This document shows positions 30,213 to 40,069 of a stretch of 64,000 nt of DNA, in pieces. The DNA is from Candidatus Poribacteria bacterium (GTDB lineage: Bacteria; Poribacteria; WGA-4E; WGA-3G): positions 288,001 through 352,000 of the forward strand of contig CAXXUA010000013.1 in the NCBI GenBank assembly GCA_963663765.2. Reading direction: 5' to 3'. The first letter of the stretch is position 1, and every line of letters begins with the position of its first letter. The translations under genes and the position numbers were made by a program. The notes under the pieces were generated by a model. It was not told where the DNA came from. It saw only the letters and a program-made list of their open reading frames with translations, and ran no database searches.

Positions 30213-30565
30213 TTAAATCTCCGTTGAAGCCTATATCAATAGTAGCAGGTCAATGTTGATCGGCAATTGACAGTGTGATTGTCGGCACACCGTCAGCTGT
30301 GACCGTGGCGTAAATCACTTATGGCATCCCTTACGAAAATAGGTGTCATCTCCAACCCGCTGGAAAAACAATAGAGAATCCAAACCCTCTCTGTCTCTTT
30401 GTTGAACTATCGCTTGAATTGAATCGCCGAACCAAATACGGCTATATTTTGGATCTATACCGACTGTCTTTCTGATACGTTCAGAAAGATTATTTTGCTT
30501 TTGATACGTCTCCTATATCAGTTTGCTTTTTGGGAATCGGCTTCAGTCCAATTTAAGTGTTTCAT
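30213..30565 (-). pseudogene. Remnants of a small protein and a clan-AA aspartic protease gene
   Basis: MKHLNWTEADSQKA..IWFGDSI..FFQRVG fragments, then VTADGVPTITL..*PATIDIGFNGDL (cf. DTGFNG). Confidence 0.5.
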
Positions 30566-30596
30566 TTTGAAATCTCCTTATAGTGTTTTTTCCATA

Positions 30597-31337
30597 CTAA
30601 ATGACGCGCAAGTCAACATTTATATCAACATCACGTGTAAGTGTATTTGTCACTGGTGAGGCAGCAAGGGTTTCCTCCCAGAGTTGTTCTAATACATCGT
30701 CATCAGCATCCGATGCGACATAGATTGTGCCGCGCACCTCTTTAAACCCGCTATGTCCACCTTCTTCCGTTCCGAGAAATACAAAAATATTGTCTATCTG
30801 ACCGGTAAGTGAGATCTCTAATTCATCGATCTCGATTTTTTGTTGTGACGCACGAATCTGGAAACCCATCGCTAAACATGCACCGAGAGCACCGAGTACA
30901 TACTCAACGGCACTGGGTGCAGCATCGCGCACATCAAAACTTGCCGGTTGTCCAACCGACCATGAATGATTTCTACAGAAAACCTTTGCCTGCAAACCAC
31001 CGTCCCAATGGATACGAGTTTGCCATTTGTAATCTCGTGCTTGTGCATAAGCAGCATCAGCGTCTTGTTCTGCTTCTCCACGTCGTACGAAGTACTTGTT
31101 GTGTTCAGGTGCAGATCGCCATCCGATGTACGGGTTTTCAGTCATTCTACACCATGCTGGTAGGTCCTCTTTGACGCTGATTTCAGTGCTGCGAATCTCA
31201 AGCACTTCACCATCTGGCACCTGCTCCATAGATTTGCGAATCAATAGTAACAGACCGGAACCGCAGTCAAGGTTTCCGCCTTCACATATATGGGGTGTTT
31301 GTAGCGAATCCGGTGCTTGTAGGTCTTCTTTTCGCAT
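30597..31337 (-). CDS. TusA/SirA-like domain fused to an OsmC-like domain
   Basis: GGNLDCGSGLL..GEVLEI..EDLPAWC then PSAVEYVLGALGACL..SPVTNTL. Confidence 0.85.
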   Translation of the reverse strand: MRKEDLQAPDSLQTPHICEGGNLDCGSGLLLLIRKSMEQVPDGEVLEIRSTEISVKEDLPAWCRMTENPYIGWRSAPEHNKYFVRRGEAEQDADAAYAQARDYKWQTRIHWDGGLQAKVFCRNHSWSVGQPASFDVRDAAPSAVEYVLGALGACLAMGFQIRASQQKIEIDELEISLTGQIDNIFVFLGTEEGGHSGFKEVRGTIYVASDADDDVLEQLWEETLAASPVTNTLTRDVDINVDLRVI

Positions 31338-31652
31338 TTATCCATAAGTCCTTTCAGCAATCTCACATTAAATTCGGAATAAGAATCGTTGACTTTTGTT
31401 GTTTTTGAGTTGTGTTTGGAGTTTTCTTCTGTTTATTAGGTAGGTTGAAGCAATTTGAATTTTAGAAATGTGTTTTTTTATATTAGACTTTAGAAACCCT
31501 CCCTTGTAGATTACACCTTATGGTATGAATGTATGCTGTGAAATTTGAGTGAGGTAAATATACGCAAAGGGAGGGAATCTGCCATTAGACTGGGAATCCA
31601 ACCGATCCCTTATGGATGTTGCTGCAATTAGCAGAAATTCCTTTTTTAGATG

Positions 31653-32012
31653 TCAATATGTTATGCTTGAACCACCCGTGATTAGGAATTCAACAGCCTT
31701 AGCACCACCCACAATGACAGCACTATCCACCAGATTATCTTCATCAAGGTTTCGTTTCTTGAAGCATGGTGAACAGACCCAGATTATGCCTCCCACATCT
31801 GCAAAGTCAGACATAAGTTGTTTCATCGGTGCGAAACCTTCCTCGTGTATATCATCAGCGTAACCATTTTGGCAAAGATGTACACCCTCTGTGCTTAGAA
31901 ACACGACAGTTTCCACACCAGACGCTACAGAAGCATTCGCAACAACGAAACCGACAGTGGCTTTGTCGGTATTATCTTTCGCGTGTGTAATGCTTATCAT
32001 CAGTTTAGACAT
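31653..32012 (-). CDS. DsrE/DsrF-like family protein
   Basis: KATVGFVVA, VFLSTEGV, IWVCSPCFKKR. Confidence 0.88.
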   Translation of the reverse strand: MSKLMISITHAKDNTDKATVGFVVANASVASGVETVVFLSTEGVHLCQNGYADDIHEEGFAPMKQLMSDFADVGGIIWVCSPCFKKRNLDEDNLVDSAVIVGGAKAVEFLITGGSSITY

Positions 32013-32275
32013 TAAGTTTTCTCTCCTTTTTTAATGTAAAAATAGGCATTGTCTTCACCGCAACAGTCTGCGAGAAGTTCATTGCCTATCATATTGCACC
32101 ATGCCGCGATGTCCACGGGTGCTCCTGGGTCTACTGCATGGACCTGTGCAATCTGTCCTGTTTCAAGGGTTCTCATTGATTTCAAGAGTGCGATAATAAG
32201 ATCACCGCATCCAAGTTCACCTAAGTCAAAGACGGCATCAGGCTTAATTTTCGGTAAAATGTTTCGTTCTTCCAT
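32012..32275 (-). CDS. TusA/SirA-like sulfur carrier
   Basis: DLGELGCGDL, DPGAPVDIAAWC, YFYIKK; stop overlaps the DsrE start. Confidence 0.88.
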   Translation of the reverse strand: MEERNILPKIKPDAVFDLGELGCGDLIIALLKSMRTLETGQIAQVHAVDPGAPVDIAAWCNMIGNELLADCCGEDNAYFYIKKGEKT

Positions 32276-32392
32276 AATGAAAAGAATACCATATAATCAA
32301 TGAAACGTCAATGAAAATTCAGTGGTGTAATGTACAGTGCAATGTAAGGTTGGCATATAAATTCTGCTCAATTATTGATTACAGTTATACAG

Positions 32393-32424
32393 AAAAATAG
32401 GATTAGACATTAATCTAATCCTAT
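32393..32424 (-). terminator. Probable Rho-independent terminator
   Basis: 11-bp stem ATAGGATTAGA/TCTAATCCTAT followed by a U-run on the minus strand, 35 nt after the S1/P1-like gene stop. Confidence 0.6.
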
Positions 32425-32458
32425 CTGTAAACTCAAAGATAATGTATCCAAGTTCTCA

Positions 32459-33331
32459 TTAGTTACGTTCTAACCATCCAGGAAGTTTTACCTTCTCTGA
32501 TTTTTTCCACGCAGACAGAAATAAAGATGCTGTCCAACGTACTGATTCTCGTGAACGTTCTTTAGTAAATTCCTGTAACTCTTCTGAAGGTTTCTGTAAG
32601 TCTAGATAATCATTGACTAATTCATAAACACGATCTACCAATCCATGTTCAGTCTTCATCTGTTTGACAATCGCAGGCATCAACTCTCCAACGGCTTTAA
32701 CCATCTGATTCTTAGCGAGTTCAGTTGGATCAAGTTTCAAGACTTCAATTGAAGCATCAACTTTCTCATGAATTCCATCATGCAATTTTGTGCCATCCTC
32801 CTGAACGATTCCATCATAATGTACCGTGAGGTGTAAGGGTTGACACATATCCTGCGCATAGTGTGCCAAAAAACCTGCGTAGACATAACACTTATATTGA
32901 ATAATGGGATTATCGGGCCATTTCCGATATTCTGCAAATGCAATAGTGAGTCGTTCTGTCCACTCTGCTACAGAATAAGGTAGAAAACCGACTTTACTGG
33001 GTTCCAACTTCATTTCAGCACATAATTTCAAGAAAGCATCACGATCAGCAGGGACTGGATTGTCTCCAATGAGTTCAATATCAAAATAGTGCTCAGCATA
33101 TTCGGCTATCCGTGCATGTGGAAAATCACGGTTTTTTGATACATCAGGATCATAAGCACAATGTGCAATCATTTTAACAGCTTCTGCAGAACGGAAAAAC
33201 TCTGGGATTTCTTCAGGCAATGCCTTAACCGCTGCTTGTGATAGTATATCATGACCACCACCCCACCATGCACATGCAGCAGTTGTGAGAAGTGATAAGA
33301 TAAAAACAAAAACTATCTGTAAACGTTTCAT
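32459..33331 (-). CDS. Exported S1/P1 nuclease / Zn-dependent phospholipase C-like protein
   Basis: Signal peptide then WWGGGH mature N-terminus, HYFD, HYAQDMCQPLH, IHEKVD. Confidence 0.85.
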   Translation of the reverse strand: MKRLQIVFVFILSLLTTAACAWWGGGHDILSQAAVKALPEEIPEFFRSAEAVKMIAHCAYDPDVSKNRDFPHARIAEYAEHYFDIELIGDNPVPADRDAFLKLCAEMKLEPSKVGFLPYSVAEWTERLTIAFAEYRKWPDNPIIQYKCYVYAGFLAHYAQDMCQPLHLTVHYDGIVQEDGTKLHDGIHEKVDASIEVLKLDPTELAKNQMVKAVGELMPAIVKQMKTEHGLVDRVYELVNDYLDLQKPSEELQEFTKERSRESVRWTASLFLSAWKKSEKVKLPGWLERN

Positions 33332-33465
33332 AATTCTCCTTTCATAGTACAACCTATCTTATATATCGGTGGAAGGGTTTCTAACCCCGATTTACCACAT
33401 ACGCGATACAGTAATTTTGGACAAAATTGCATTTATGAGTTACGCTGTAAATTGATTGTTCCAAA

Positions 33466-34425
33466 TCAGTCTGCAGCGAGTAATGCTTCTGAATCCGTGT
33501 CTTGCCATTGAAACTGTAGTTCGGTCGTTTCATGAGGTTTAAAAGGAATTGCAACAGATTCAATAGCTGGACCAATTATCTCAATATTGTTGAGGTTTGC
33601 AGTACCGTATCCCAATTCGTTAGCATAATTGAAAAGACCGATCTCCATTGGTTCAAATCCCATTGCTTTTGATGTGACCGCGTCTGCTGCGAATACATCA
33701 CCACTTGCAACTGCAATACCGAGTGGAACAGAGTTTGTACCCCCAGGACCGTTTCCTTGCAATCCAACAGTACCGTCAACAATAGCAATATCCGGTTTCA
33801 GAAAACGTGCCAAACGTAACAAGTTGATATTAATTGTCTGTGCTTCAAGTGGTAGTTGACGGTCTGCATGCCGAAGATACCCATGCATTTTGATACGGTC
33901 AGCTTTATGTATCGTTCCCATGATCATGTTTTTCATTGCAAGCGTCACGACACCAGCATCATGCGTTTTGGCAATGGCAACAGAAATCGTGCATGGACAA
34001 TCAAGAACCGTCTTCGGCATTCGTACAGTATCTGTTTCCCGACCAGCAAGAAAAACGGTGGTTTCCACCCATTCAGTTTCTTGATGTAAGTCTACAAGTC
34101 GAATAGGTATATCGTATTCTGCCTGCAATGCATCATAACCGAATATTTGAAATGCTTCACCAGAAAAAGATTCATTTCCCCCTTCTGCTATAATAACTTC
34201 TTTCGAAGGGTGTGGTGTGCTGAGTAAGAAATCCAATGCACCACGCATGGTGTCAACATGAGACGAAGCAAGCTGATTTGTACTCGACAGGAAATTGGGT
34301 TTTAACAATACCTGTTCTTGTACTTTTGGTGCGATGTCGTTTCGTATATTGTCTAATGCTTCATATACATTAGAACGGCGTCTACCTGTCTTAGCAAGAC
34401 CTACTTTTATAGTGTTAGCAGACAT
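33466..34425 (-). CDS. DUF362 domain protein
   Basis: VLLKPNF, KTHDAGVVTLAMKN, DGTVGLQGNGP. Confidence 0.88.
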   Translation of the reverse strand: MSANTIKVGLAKTGRRRSNVYEALDNIRNDIAPKVQEQVLLKPNFLSSTNQLASSHVDTMRGALDFLLSTPHPSKEVIIAEGGNESFSGEAFQIFGYDALQAEYDIPIRLVDLHQETEWVETTVFLAGRETDTVRMPKTVLDCPCTISVAIAKTHDAGVVTLAMKNMIMGTIHKADRIKMHGYLRHADRQLPLEAQTININLLRLARFLKPDIAIVDGTVGLQGNGPGGTNSVPLGIAVASGDVFAADAVTSKAMGFEPMEIGLFNYANELGYGTANLNNIEIIGPAIESVAIPFKPHETTELQFQWQDTDSEALLAAD

Positions 34426-34485
34426 ACATTTACTCCTTTCATTAAAAACAACTTTAATATATTACAATGAACTAAAGGTTTTTTC

Positions 34486-35364
34486 TTATGATATTAATGG
34501 ACGTAAAAATCCTTGATGTTTATCTAACAAATCAACTGCTTCACATCGTTTAACATCCTTCATCAGCATAACAATTGCTATTTTTGCGCTACCTTCTGCC
34601 TCCTTTAATGTAACGTTTGCGGTCGTTTCATCAACTCCAGTAACTGTTTGAATGATTCGGATACTCCGATCAACCAATTTTGAATTAGACGTTTTCACGT
34701 CCACCATCAGGTTATCGTAGACCTTACCTAACTTGATCATTGAGATGGTCGTGAGCATGTTTAGTACTAACTTGGTTGCTGTCCCTGCTTTTAGTCTTGT
34801 AGAACCGGTAATGATCTCAGGTCCGACAATTAGTGTTATGAAATAGTCAACATACGCCTTAAGGTCTGCTGGTGGTGGTACACATGAAAGAAAAATCGTT
34901 TTGGCACCGATTTTGTGTGCTGCTTTTAGCGCACCTAAGACATACGGAGTTCGTCCACTACTTGCAATTCCGACAATTACATCTTTTTGTGTTAGGTTAT
35001 GTTCTCGTATTGCTGCTGCACCGCGTTCAGGTTTATCTTCTTCACCTTCCACAGACCTACGTAAAGCAATGTCTCCACCCGCTATTATTCCTTGTATCAT
35101 TTCTGGATCAGTGCTGAAAGTTGGTGGACATTCAGATGCATCCAACACACCCAATCTGCCGCTTGTTCCTGCCCCTATGTAAAACAGTTTACCGCCTTGA
35201 CAGAATGCATCTACGATAATCTCAATCGCAAGTGTTATCGCATCTGATTCAGCTGCGACTGCTTCTACTACTCTGCGGTCTTCCTGCTGAAATATCTCAA
35301 CTATCTCAGATATTGATTTCAAATCAATATCAGTAGAGTTTGGGTTTTGCTGTTCGGTAATCAC
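34486..35364 (-). CDS. murQ: N-acetylmuramic acid 6-phosphate etherase
   Basis: GAGTSGRLGVLDASECPPTF, ASSGRTPYV, GPEIITGSTRLKAGTATK, NLMVDV. Confidence 0.96.
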   Translation of the reverse strand: MITEQQNPNSTDIDLKSISEIVEIFQQEDRRVVEAVAAESDAITLAIEIIVDAFCQGGKLFYIGAGTSGRLGVLDASECPPTFSTDPEMIQGIIAGGDIALRRSVEGEEDKPERGAAAIREHNLTQKDVIVGIASSGRTPYVLGALKAAHKIGAKTIFLSCVPPPADLKAYVDYFITLIVGPEIITGSTRLKAGTATKLVLNMLTTISMIKLGKVYDNLMVDVKTSNSKLVDRSIRIIQTVTGVDETTANVTLKEAEGSAKIAIVMLMKDVKRCEAVDLLDKHQGFLRPLIS

Positions 35365-35406
35365 TGGATGATATGGTTACATTCCCGTGTCTAATAGTTT
35401 GATTGG

Positions 35407-36315
35407 TTATAGTCTTTCCATTGCCAATAACACTGCTCCGTATACTGGTTCATGTTTTGGATACCTCACCGTTGCATCCGTTATTCTTCCTTCAATCAGC
35501 ATCCGTAGTTTATCTGCATATAAGGGTTGATTTACTAAGTTCCCACCAGAAAAAACAATGTCAATGGGTATGGTAAATTCTAACTGCGTGACTACGGTCT
35601 CAATTGCACATACCAACTCACCAACAGCGATATCAATTATCCGTGTTGCTTGTGTATCACCACGGTCTGAAGCGGTAAACATAACATCAGACATTTGTGC
35701 AATTTCGTCTCTGCTTGCAGCGTGTGTCCAGCGAATCAAATCATTTGGTTCATTTAGTGAAAGTCTCTTTAGAATCAGTTGTGTTATTTGTGTTGCAGGT
35801 TCGCGCTGATCAGCAGCACGTGCCACTGCCTGTAGACCCTTGACAGCAATATCATAACCGCTGCCTTCATCACCCAGTATATAACCCCAACCCCCGGCGC
35901 GTACTTCTCTGCCGTGTTCATTGATACCGTACACAATTGACCCCGTACCAGATATAACGATGACACCTGACTGTTTACCAGTACCACTTACTAATCCGAT
36001 ATGTGCATCATGTGTTAGAATCCTATTTTTACTTATACCGATTTCATCACATATTTGTCCAATTATTTCTCTGTCCTCTTCACGTCCCAAACCTGCCATA
36101 CCGATACAGCAAAGGATGGAATCCAAGTCTGTATTTGGGACTTGCAGTTTTAGTTGACTAATGATTTCAGTTAGGACGTTTTTTGTTTGTTCTATCCCCA
36201 CGACATGGTAATTTGATGGACCTGTTTGGGTTTTGGCAATTGTTTGCCCATCCTTTGTAGCTAATAACCCTACTGTTTTTGTTCCACCACCATCAATACC
36301 AATGATATACTTCAT
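35407..36315 (-). CDS. BadF/BadG/BcrA/BcrD-type GlcNAc/MurNAc kinase
   Basis: GIDGGGTKT, ISGTGSI, GGWGYILGDEGSGY; directly upstream of murQ. Confidence 0.9.
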   Translation of the reverse strand: MKYIIGIDGGGTKTVGLLATKDGQTIAKTQTGPSNYHVVGIEQTKNVLTEIISQLKLQVPNTDLDSILCCIGMAGLGREEDREIIGQICDEIGISKNRILTHDAHIGLVSGTGKQSGVIVISGTGSIVYGINEHGREVRAGGWGYILGDEGSGYDIAVKGLQAVARAADQREPATQITQLILKRLSLNEPNDLIRWTHAASRDEIAQMSDVMFTASDRGDTQATRIIDIAVGELVCAIETVVTQLEFTIPIDIVFSGGNLVNQPLYADKLRMLIEGRITDATVRYPKHEPVYGAVLLAMERL

Positions 36316-36460
36316 TTTATTCCATAATATGTAGCATAGAGTTTATAGAGACTGAGTACAAGGATGAAAATTAATATCTATTGACATACCTGAAGAAATA
36401 GATTACAGTAATTTATCACAATTCTATTTAGAACGCAATTATTTTCATTAGGAGTTGTTC

Positions 36461-37405
36461 ATGCTTAAGAAATTATCTCTAATTATAACTCTCCTTACTC
36501 TAATCTGTTTGGGTTGTGCAGATGATAATTCTCAAGTTGAATGGGAAGTAGTACAAAGTGGAACAGATGCACATCTTTTTGGTGTTTATTTTATTGATGC
36601 AAAGAAGGGATGGGCAGTCGGTTCAAGTGCTACTGTTTTATCCTCAAAAGATGGAGGAAAAACTTGGATACAATCAGTGGATGAATCACTAAACAATGAT
36701 ACATTGACAGAAGTTAGTTTTGCGACACCAACAAATGGTTGGCTTGTTAGCATAGGGAAAGTGCATTATACTGGTAGCGGTGGTAACTCGTGGTCGGTTC
36801 AACATCAAGCACGCGCGCTGACAGATAAACCTCCAGGTATTTTGGATCTGTATTTTGTTGACACTGCTGAAGGTTGGGCAGTTGGTGGAACAGGGACAAT
36901 ACTGCATACATTGAATGGCGGTAGCAAATGGGAGACAAGAAATTCTCCATCAGAAAAACATCTGTGGGGTGTTCATTTTGTTGACTCTAAACACGGTTGG
37001 ATTGTGGGTGAAGATGGTGAAATACTTCATACAAGTGACGGTGGTAAACGGTGGGATAGACAGAACAGTAATGCAGAACAACCTTTATTTGCTGTTTATT
37101 TTATAAATCAAAAGACTGGTTGGATTGTCGGATCAAACGGATTAATTTTACACACAACGAATGGTGGGCAGACTTGGCATCAACAGAATAATCCGATGAA
37201 ACAGAGTTTGCGATCTGTTGCATTTCAAAATGAAAAAAAGGGTTGGGCAATCGGTGAAGAAGGACTCATTTTACATACAATAGATAGCGGGACAACTTGG
37301 AATCAATCTACTTCACCGACGACAAAAAATCTGCAAGACATTATGCTGTTAAAAAAGTCGGGTTGGATTGTTGGAGAAAAAGGCACAATTTTACGAATGG
37401 ACTAA
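36461..37405 (+). CDS. YCF48/BNR-repeat beta-propeller lipoprotein
   Basis: Lipobox CLGC; repeats GWxVGxxGxILHTxDGGxxW. Confidence 0.88.
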   Translation: MLKKLSLIITLLTLICLGCADDNSQVEWEVVQSGTDAHLFGVYFIDAKKGWAVGSSATVLSSKDGGKTWIQSVDESLNNDTLTEVSFATPTNGWLVSIGKVHYTGSGGNSWSVQHQARALTDKPPGILDLYFVDTAEGWAVGGTGTILHTLNGGSKWETRNSPSEKHLWGVHFVDSKHGWIVGEDGEILHTSDGGKRWDRQNSNAEQPLFAVYFINQKTGWIVGSNGLILHTTNGGQTWHQQNNPMKQSLRSVAFQNEKKGWAIGEEGLILHTIDSGTTWNQSTSPTTKNLQDIMLLKKSGWIVGEKGTILRMD

Positions 37406-37433
37406 TACAGATGTGTCTTTGAAACCAACAGTC

Positions 37434-37829
37434 TTACCAAAAAATATGCTTAACCTTCATCATCCAAACAGACAAACATATTACAATACCTAAAATACCT
37501 ATAAGATTACGTGTATTTGCAGAAAAACGGGACCAAGTGTTAGTTATGTGATTTGGAAAGAATGCTATACCAACGGCTAATCCAACTATCATATACGAGA
37601 AAGGATGGTAGTACCAAGCATCTTTGAAATTTACTTGTGTTATAGCAATGCAGGCACGTGTCATTCCACATCCTGGACAAGGCACATTGGTAACCGTATG
37701 AAAAGGACATGGCAATAGTGATACCTCGTCTGGTGCACTTTGCACTATTCTTGTGAAGATACCTATCCCAACTAAACCAATTAAGAATAATCGGGATAGC
37801 ATAACATGATTAAACATCAGATGAATCAC
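37434..37829 (-). CDS. DUF2752 membrane protein
   Basis: CPFHTVTNVPCPGCGMTRA. Confidence 0.88.
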   Translation of the reverse strand: MIHLMFNHVMLSRLFLIGLVGIGIFTRIVQSAPDEVSLLPCPFHTVTNVPCPGCGMTRACIAITQVNFKDAWYYHPFSYMIVGLAVGIAFFPNHITNTWSRFSANTRNLIGILGIVICLSVWMMKVKHIFW

Positions 37830-38205
37830 CGTAGAGTTTGTTAATCTGGTATTGCTGAATAGCTAAGGAAGCTATACCAATTCCAAATATTGCCAATAGC
37901 ACACAAATTATAGGTAAATTTGGATCATAGTGCATATCATTCTCACGTTGAATCTCATTGATACCATTTGCCATCTTGTATTCATAAAATATACCGAAGA
38001 TACCACAAGTGAGAATTGAGAGAAAGAACCATAACCAAAAAGAGTACTCGCGTTTCCCTAACCAACCATTAAGTGTGTCCATTTGTTTGTATTGCCAATA
38101 GAGTCCGTATATTCCACAAGTGATGAGTGAAATAATTATTCCAAACGCTATACTACGTTTTGCATCTTCTACTGGATAGGGATATTGATTAAGCATATAT
38201 GTCAC
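37810..38205 (-). CDS. DUF4234 membrane protein
   Basis: LITCGIYGLYWQYK, ILTCGIF, IQQYQIN. Confidence 0.85.
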   Translation of the reverse strand: MTYMLNQYPYPVEDAKRSIAFGIIISLITCGIYGLYWQYKQMDTLNGWLGKREYSFWLWFFLSILTCGIFGIFYEYKMANGINEIQRENDMHYDPNLPIICVLLAIFGIGIASLAIQQYQINKLYGDSSDV

Positions 38206-38301
38206 CTCTTACTTTTAAAATAAGTTTGAATGTACTGGAAATTAGTTACAATTTTTATGCATCGTTCAGAATCAGATAATTTATAGATGTGATGTATAAA
38301 T

Positions 38302-40021
38302 CCTACACTCCGCAGTTGTTTAATCAGATTTTAAGTATTTATGTTATACTCTTTATATCTTTATATAAGGAGTATAACATCATCACTCAATCTACTTTTA
38401 CAACACAACGTTTAGATCACCTCGGCATAGTAGCTGGTGTATGTGATCGTATTGACTTGATAAACACTATTGATACTTTTATTTCCCCAACGAAACGGAA
38501 AGTTTCAGTGGGTGAATCTGTTGTTGCTATGATCTTGAATGCTTTAGGCTTTGTCTCACGCCCACTCTACTTGACACCTGAGTTTTTTTCAAATAAACCG
38601 GTGGATCTATTGATACGCCCTCATCTCTGTGCTGCCGATTTCACGGACGATTGTCTTGGGCGTGCTTTAGATACACTTTATGAAAATGGTGTTACCGAAC
38701 TTTTTGCGACAGTTGCTTCTAAAGCATTATCAACTTATGAGATTGACCATCGTTTTGTTCATCTGGATAGCACCACGTTTAGTTTTCAGGGGAACTATGA
38801 TACCGAAACAGTTGATGAACAGGCTATTCACATTACCCACGGGTATAGTCGTGATCAGCGTCCGGATCTCAAACAAGTGGTAGTTCAACTTCTCTGTTCT
38901 TATCGGTCTCAGTTCCCTGTATGGTTCAAAGCACTTGATGGAAATCAGTCTGATAAAACAAGTTTTCCCAACACGATCCGAGAATATTTGTCTCAACTGC
39001 GTGGCAGTGATGCCCCTTATTTTGTAGCGGATAGTGCGCTTTATACAGCACAAAACATTGCGAAGCTGCGTGATGTGCGTTTTATTACGCGTGTGCCGGA
39101 AACACTCAAAGCTGTCAAAGAACTCTACCAAACTATTTCGACTGAAGATATGCAGCCAGCATCTCTTGATGGATATAGTTATCTATCAGTAGATAGCACC
39201 TATGCGGATGTTCCACAAAGGTGGTTAGTTGTTTATTCACAAGCTGCGTATCATCGTGAAGTGGCAACTTTAGTAAAAAAGATTGCCAAAGCACAGACAG
39301 CCGCACAAACATCTCTCAATCGTTTACAAAATAAAACGTATGAGACCGATACAGCTGCGGCAGCTGCGGCAACAGTCCTTGCCAAGTCATGGAAATATCA
39401 TAAACTTCGTTTCTCCATTATTTCTGTTCCACATTACACCACATCGGGACGCCCCAAAAAGACAGATAAACCGACACATTTTCGTTATCGGGTTGAAGGT
39501 GAAGTTATTGATGATATAGAAACGATTGAAAAACTCAAACGCAGCAAAGGCCGATTTGTCTTAGCTACCAATGAACTTGATACAACTTTACTTGACGATG
39601 CGACTATCCTTGAAGCATATAAAGCACAGAACGTGTCTGTAGAACGCGGTTTTCGGTTTTTGAAAGACCCCTTATTCTTTGCCGATAGTCTATATCTTGA
39701 AAAACCCCAGCGGATTATGGCATTACTGATGGTGATGGGACTTTCTTTACTTGTATACGCTCTTGCCGAACGATGGGTTCGGCAAGAGCTAAAAAAACAA
39801 GAACAAACAATACCCAACCAAGTTGGTAAACCCACGCAAAAACCAACACTCAGGCGTATTTTTCAAATGTTTGAAGGCGTTGATGTATTATTGATAGAAC
39901 AAAACGAACATATACAACGGTCTATTGTAAATTTAAATGAAATACACACACAAATCATCAACATTTTAGGCATAGAAGTAAAAAATGTCTATTTTCCAGA
40001 TCCATAACTGCGGAGTGTAGG
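38302..40021 (+). mobile_element. IS1634-family insertion sequence
   Basis: Perfect 16-bp TIR CCTACACTCCGCAGTT/AACTGCGGAGTGTAGG; 6-bp TSD ATAAAT. Confidence 0.93.
38379..40007 (+). CDS. IS1634-family transposase (start uncertain; ATC after AAGGAG)
   Basis: LDHLGIVAG, HLDSTTF, GYSRDQRPDLKQ, VADSALY, VERGFRFLKDP. Confidence 0.9.
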   Translation: MITQSTFTTQRLDHLGIVAGVCDRIDLINTIDTFISPTKRKVSVGESVVAMILNALGFVSRPLYLTPEFFSNKPVDLLIRPHLCAADFTDDCLGRALDTLYENGVTELFATVASKALSTYEIDHRFVHLDSTTFSFQGNYDTETVDEQAIHITHGYSRDQRPDLKQVVVQLLCSYRSQFPVWFKALDGNQSDKTSFPNTIREYLSQLRGSDAPYFVADSALYTAQNIAKLRDVRFITRVPETLKAVKELYQTISTEDMQPASLDGYSYLSVDSTYADVPQRWLVVYSQAAYHREVATLVKKIAKAQTAAQTSLNRLQNKTYETDTAAAAAATVLAKSWKYHKLRFSIISVPHYTTSGRPKKTDKPTHFRYRVEGEVIDDIETIEKLKRSKGRFVLATNELDTTLLDDATILEAYKAQNVSVERGFRFLKDPLFFADSLYLEKPQRIMALLMVMGLSLLVYALAERWVRQELKKQEQTIPNQVGKPTQKPTLRRIFQMFEGVDVLLIEQNEHIQRSIVNLNEIHTQIINILGIEVKNVYFPDP

Positions 40022-40069
40022 ATAAATGTATTATACAGGTGTTAACTGTAAAATACATTTATACAATAG

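Noticed and set aside
30597-32275. Additional selenoproteins among the DsrE/OsmC/TusA genes
   Set aside because: The catalytic positions are ordinary Cys codons, and no in-frame TGA interrupts a conserved domain.
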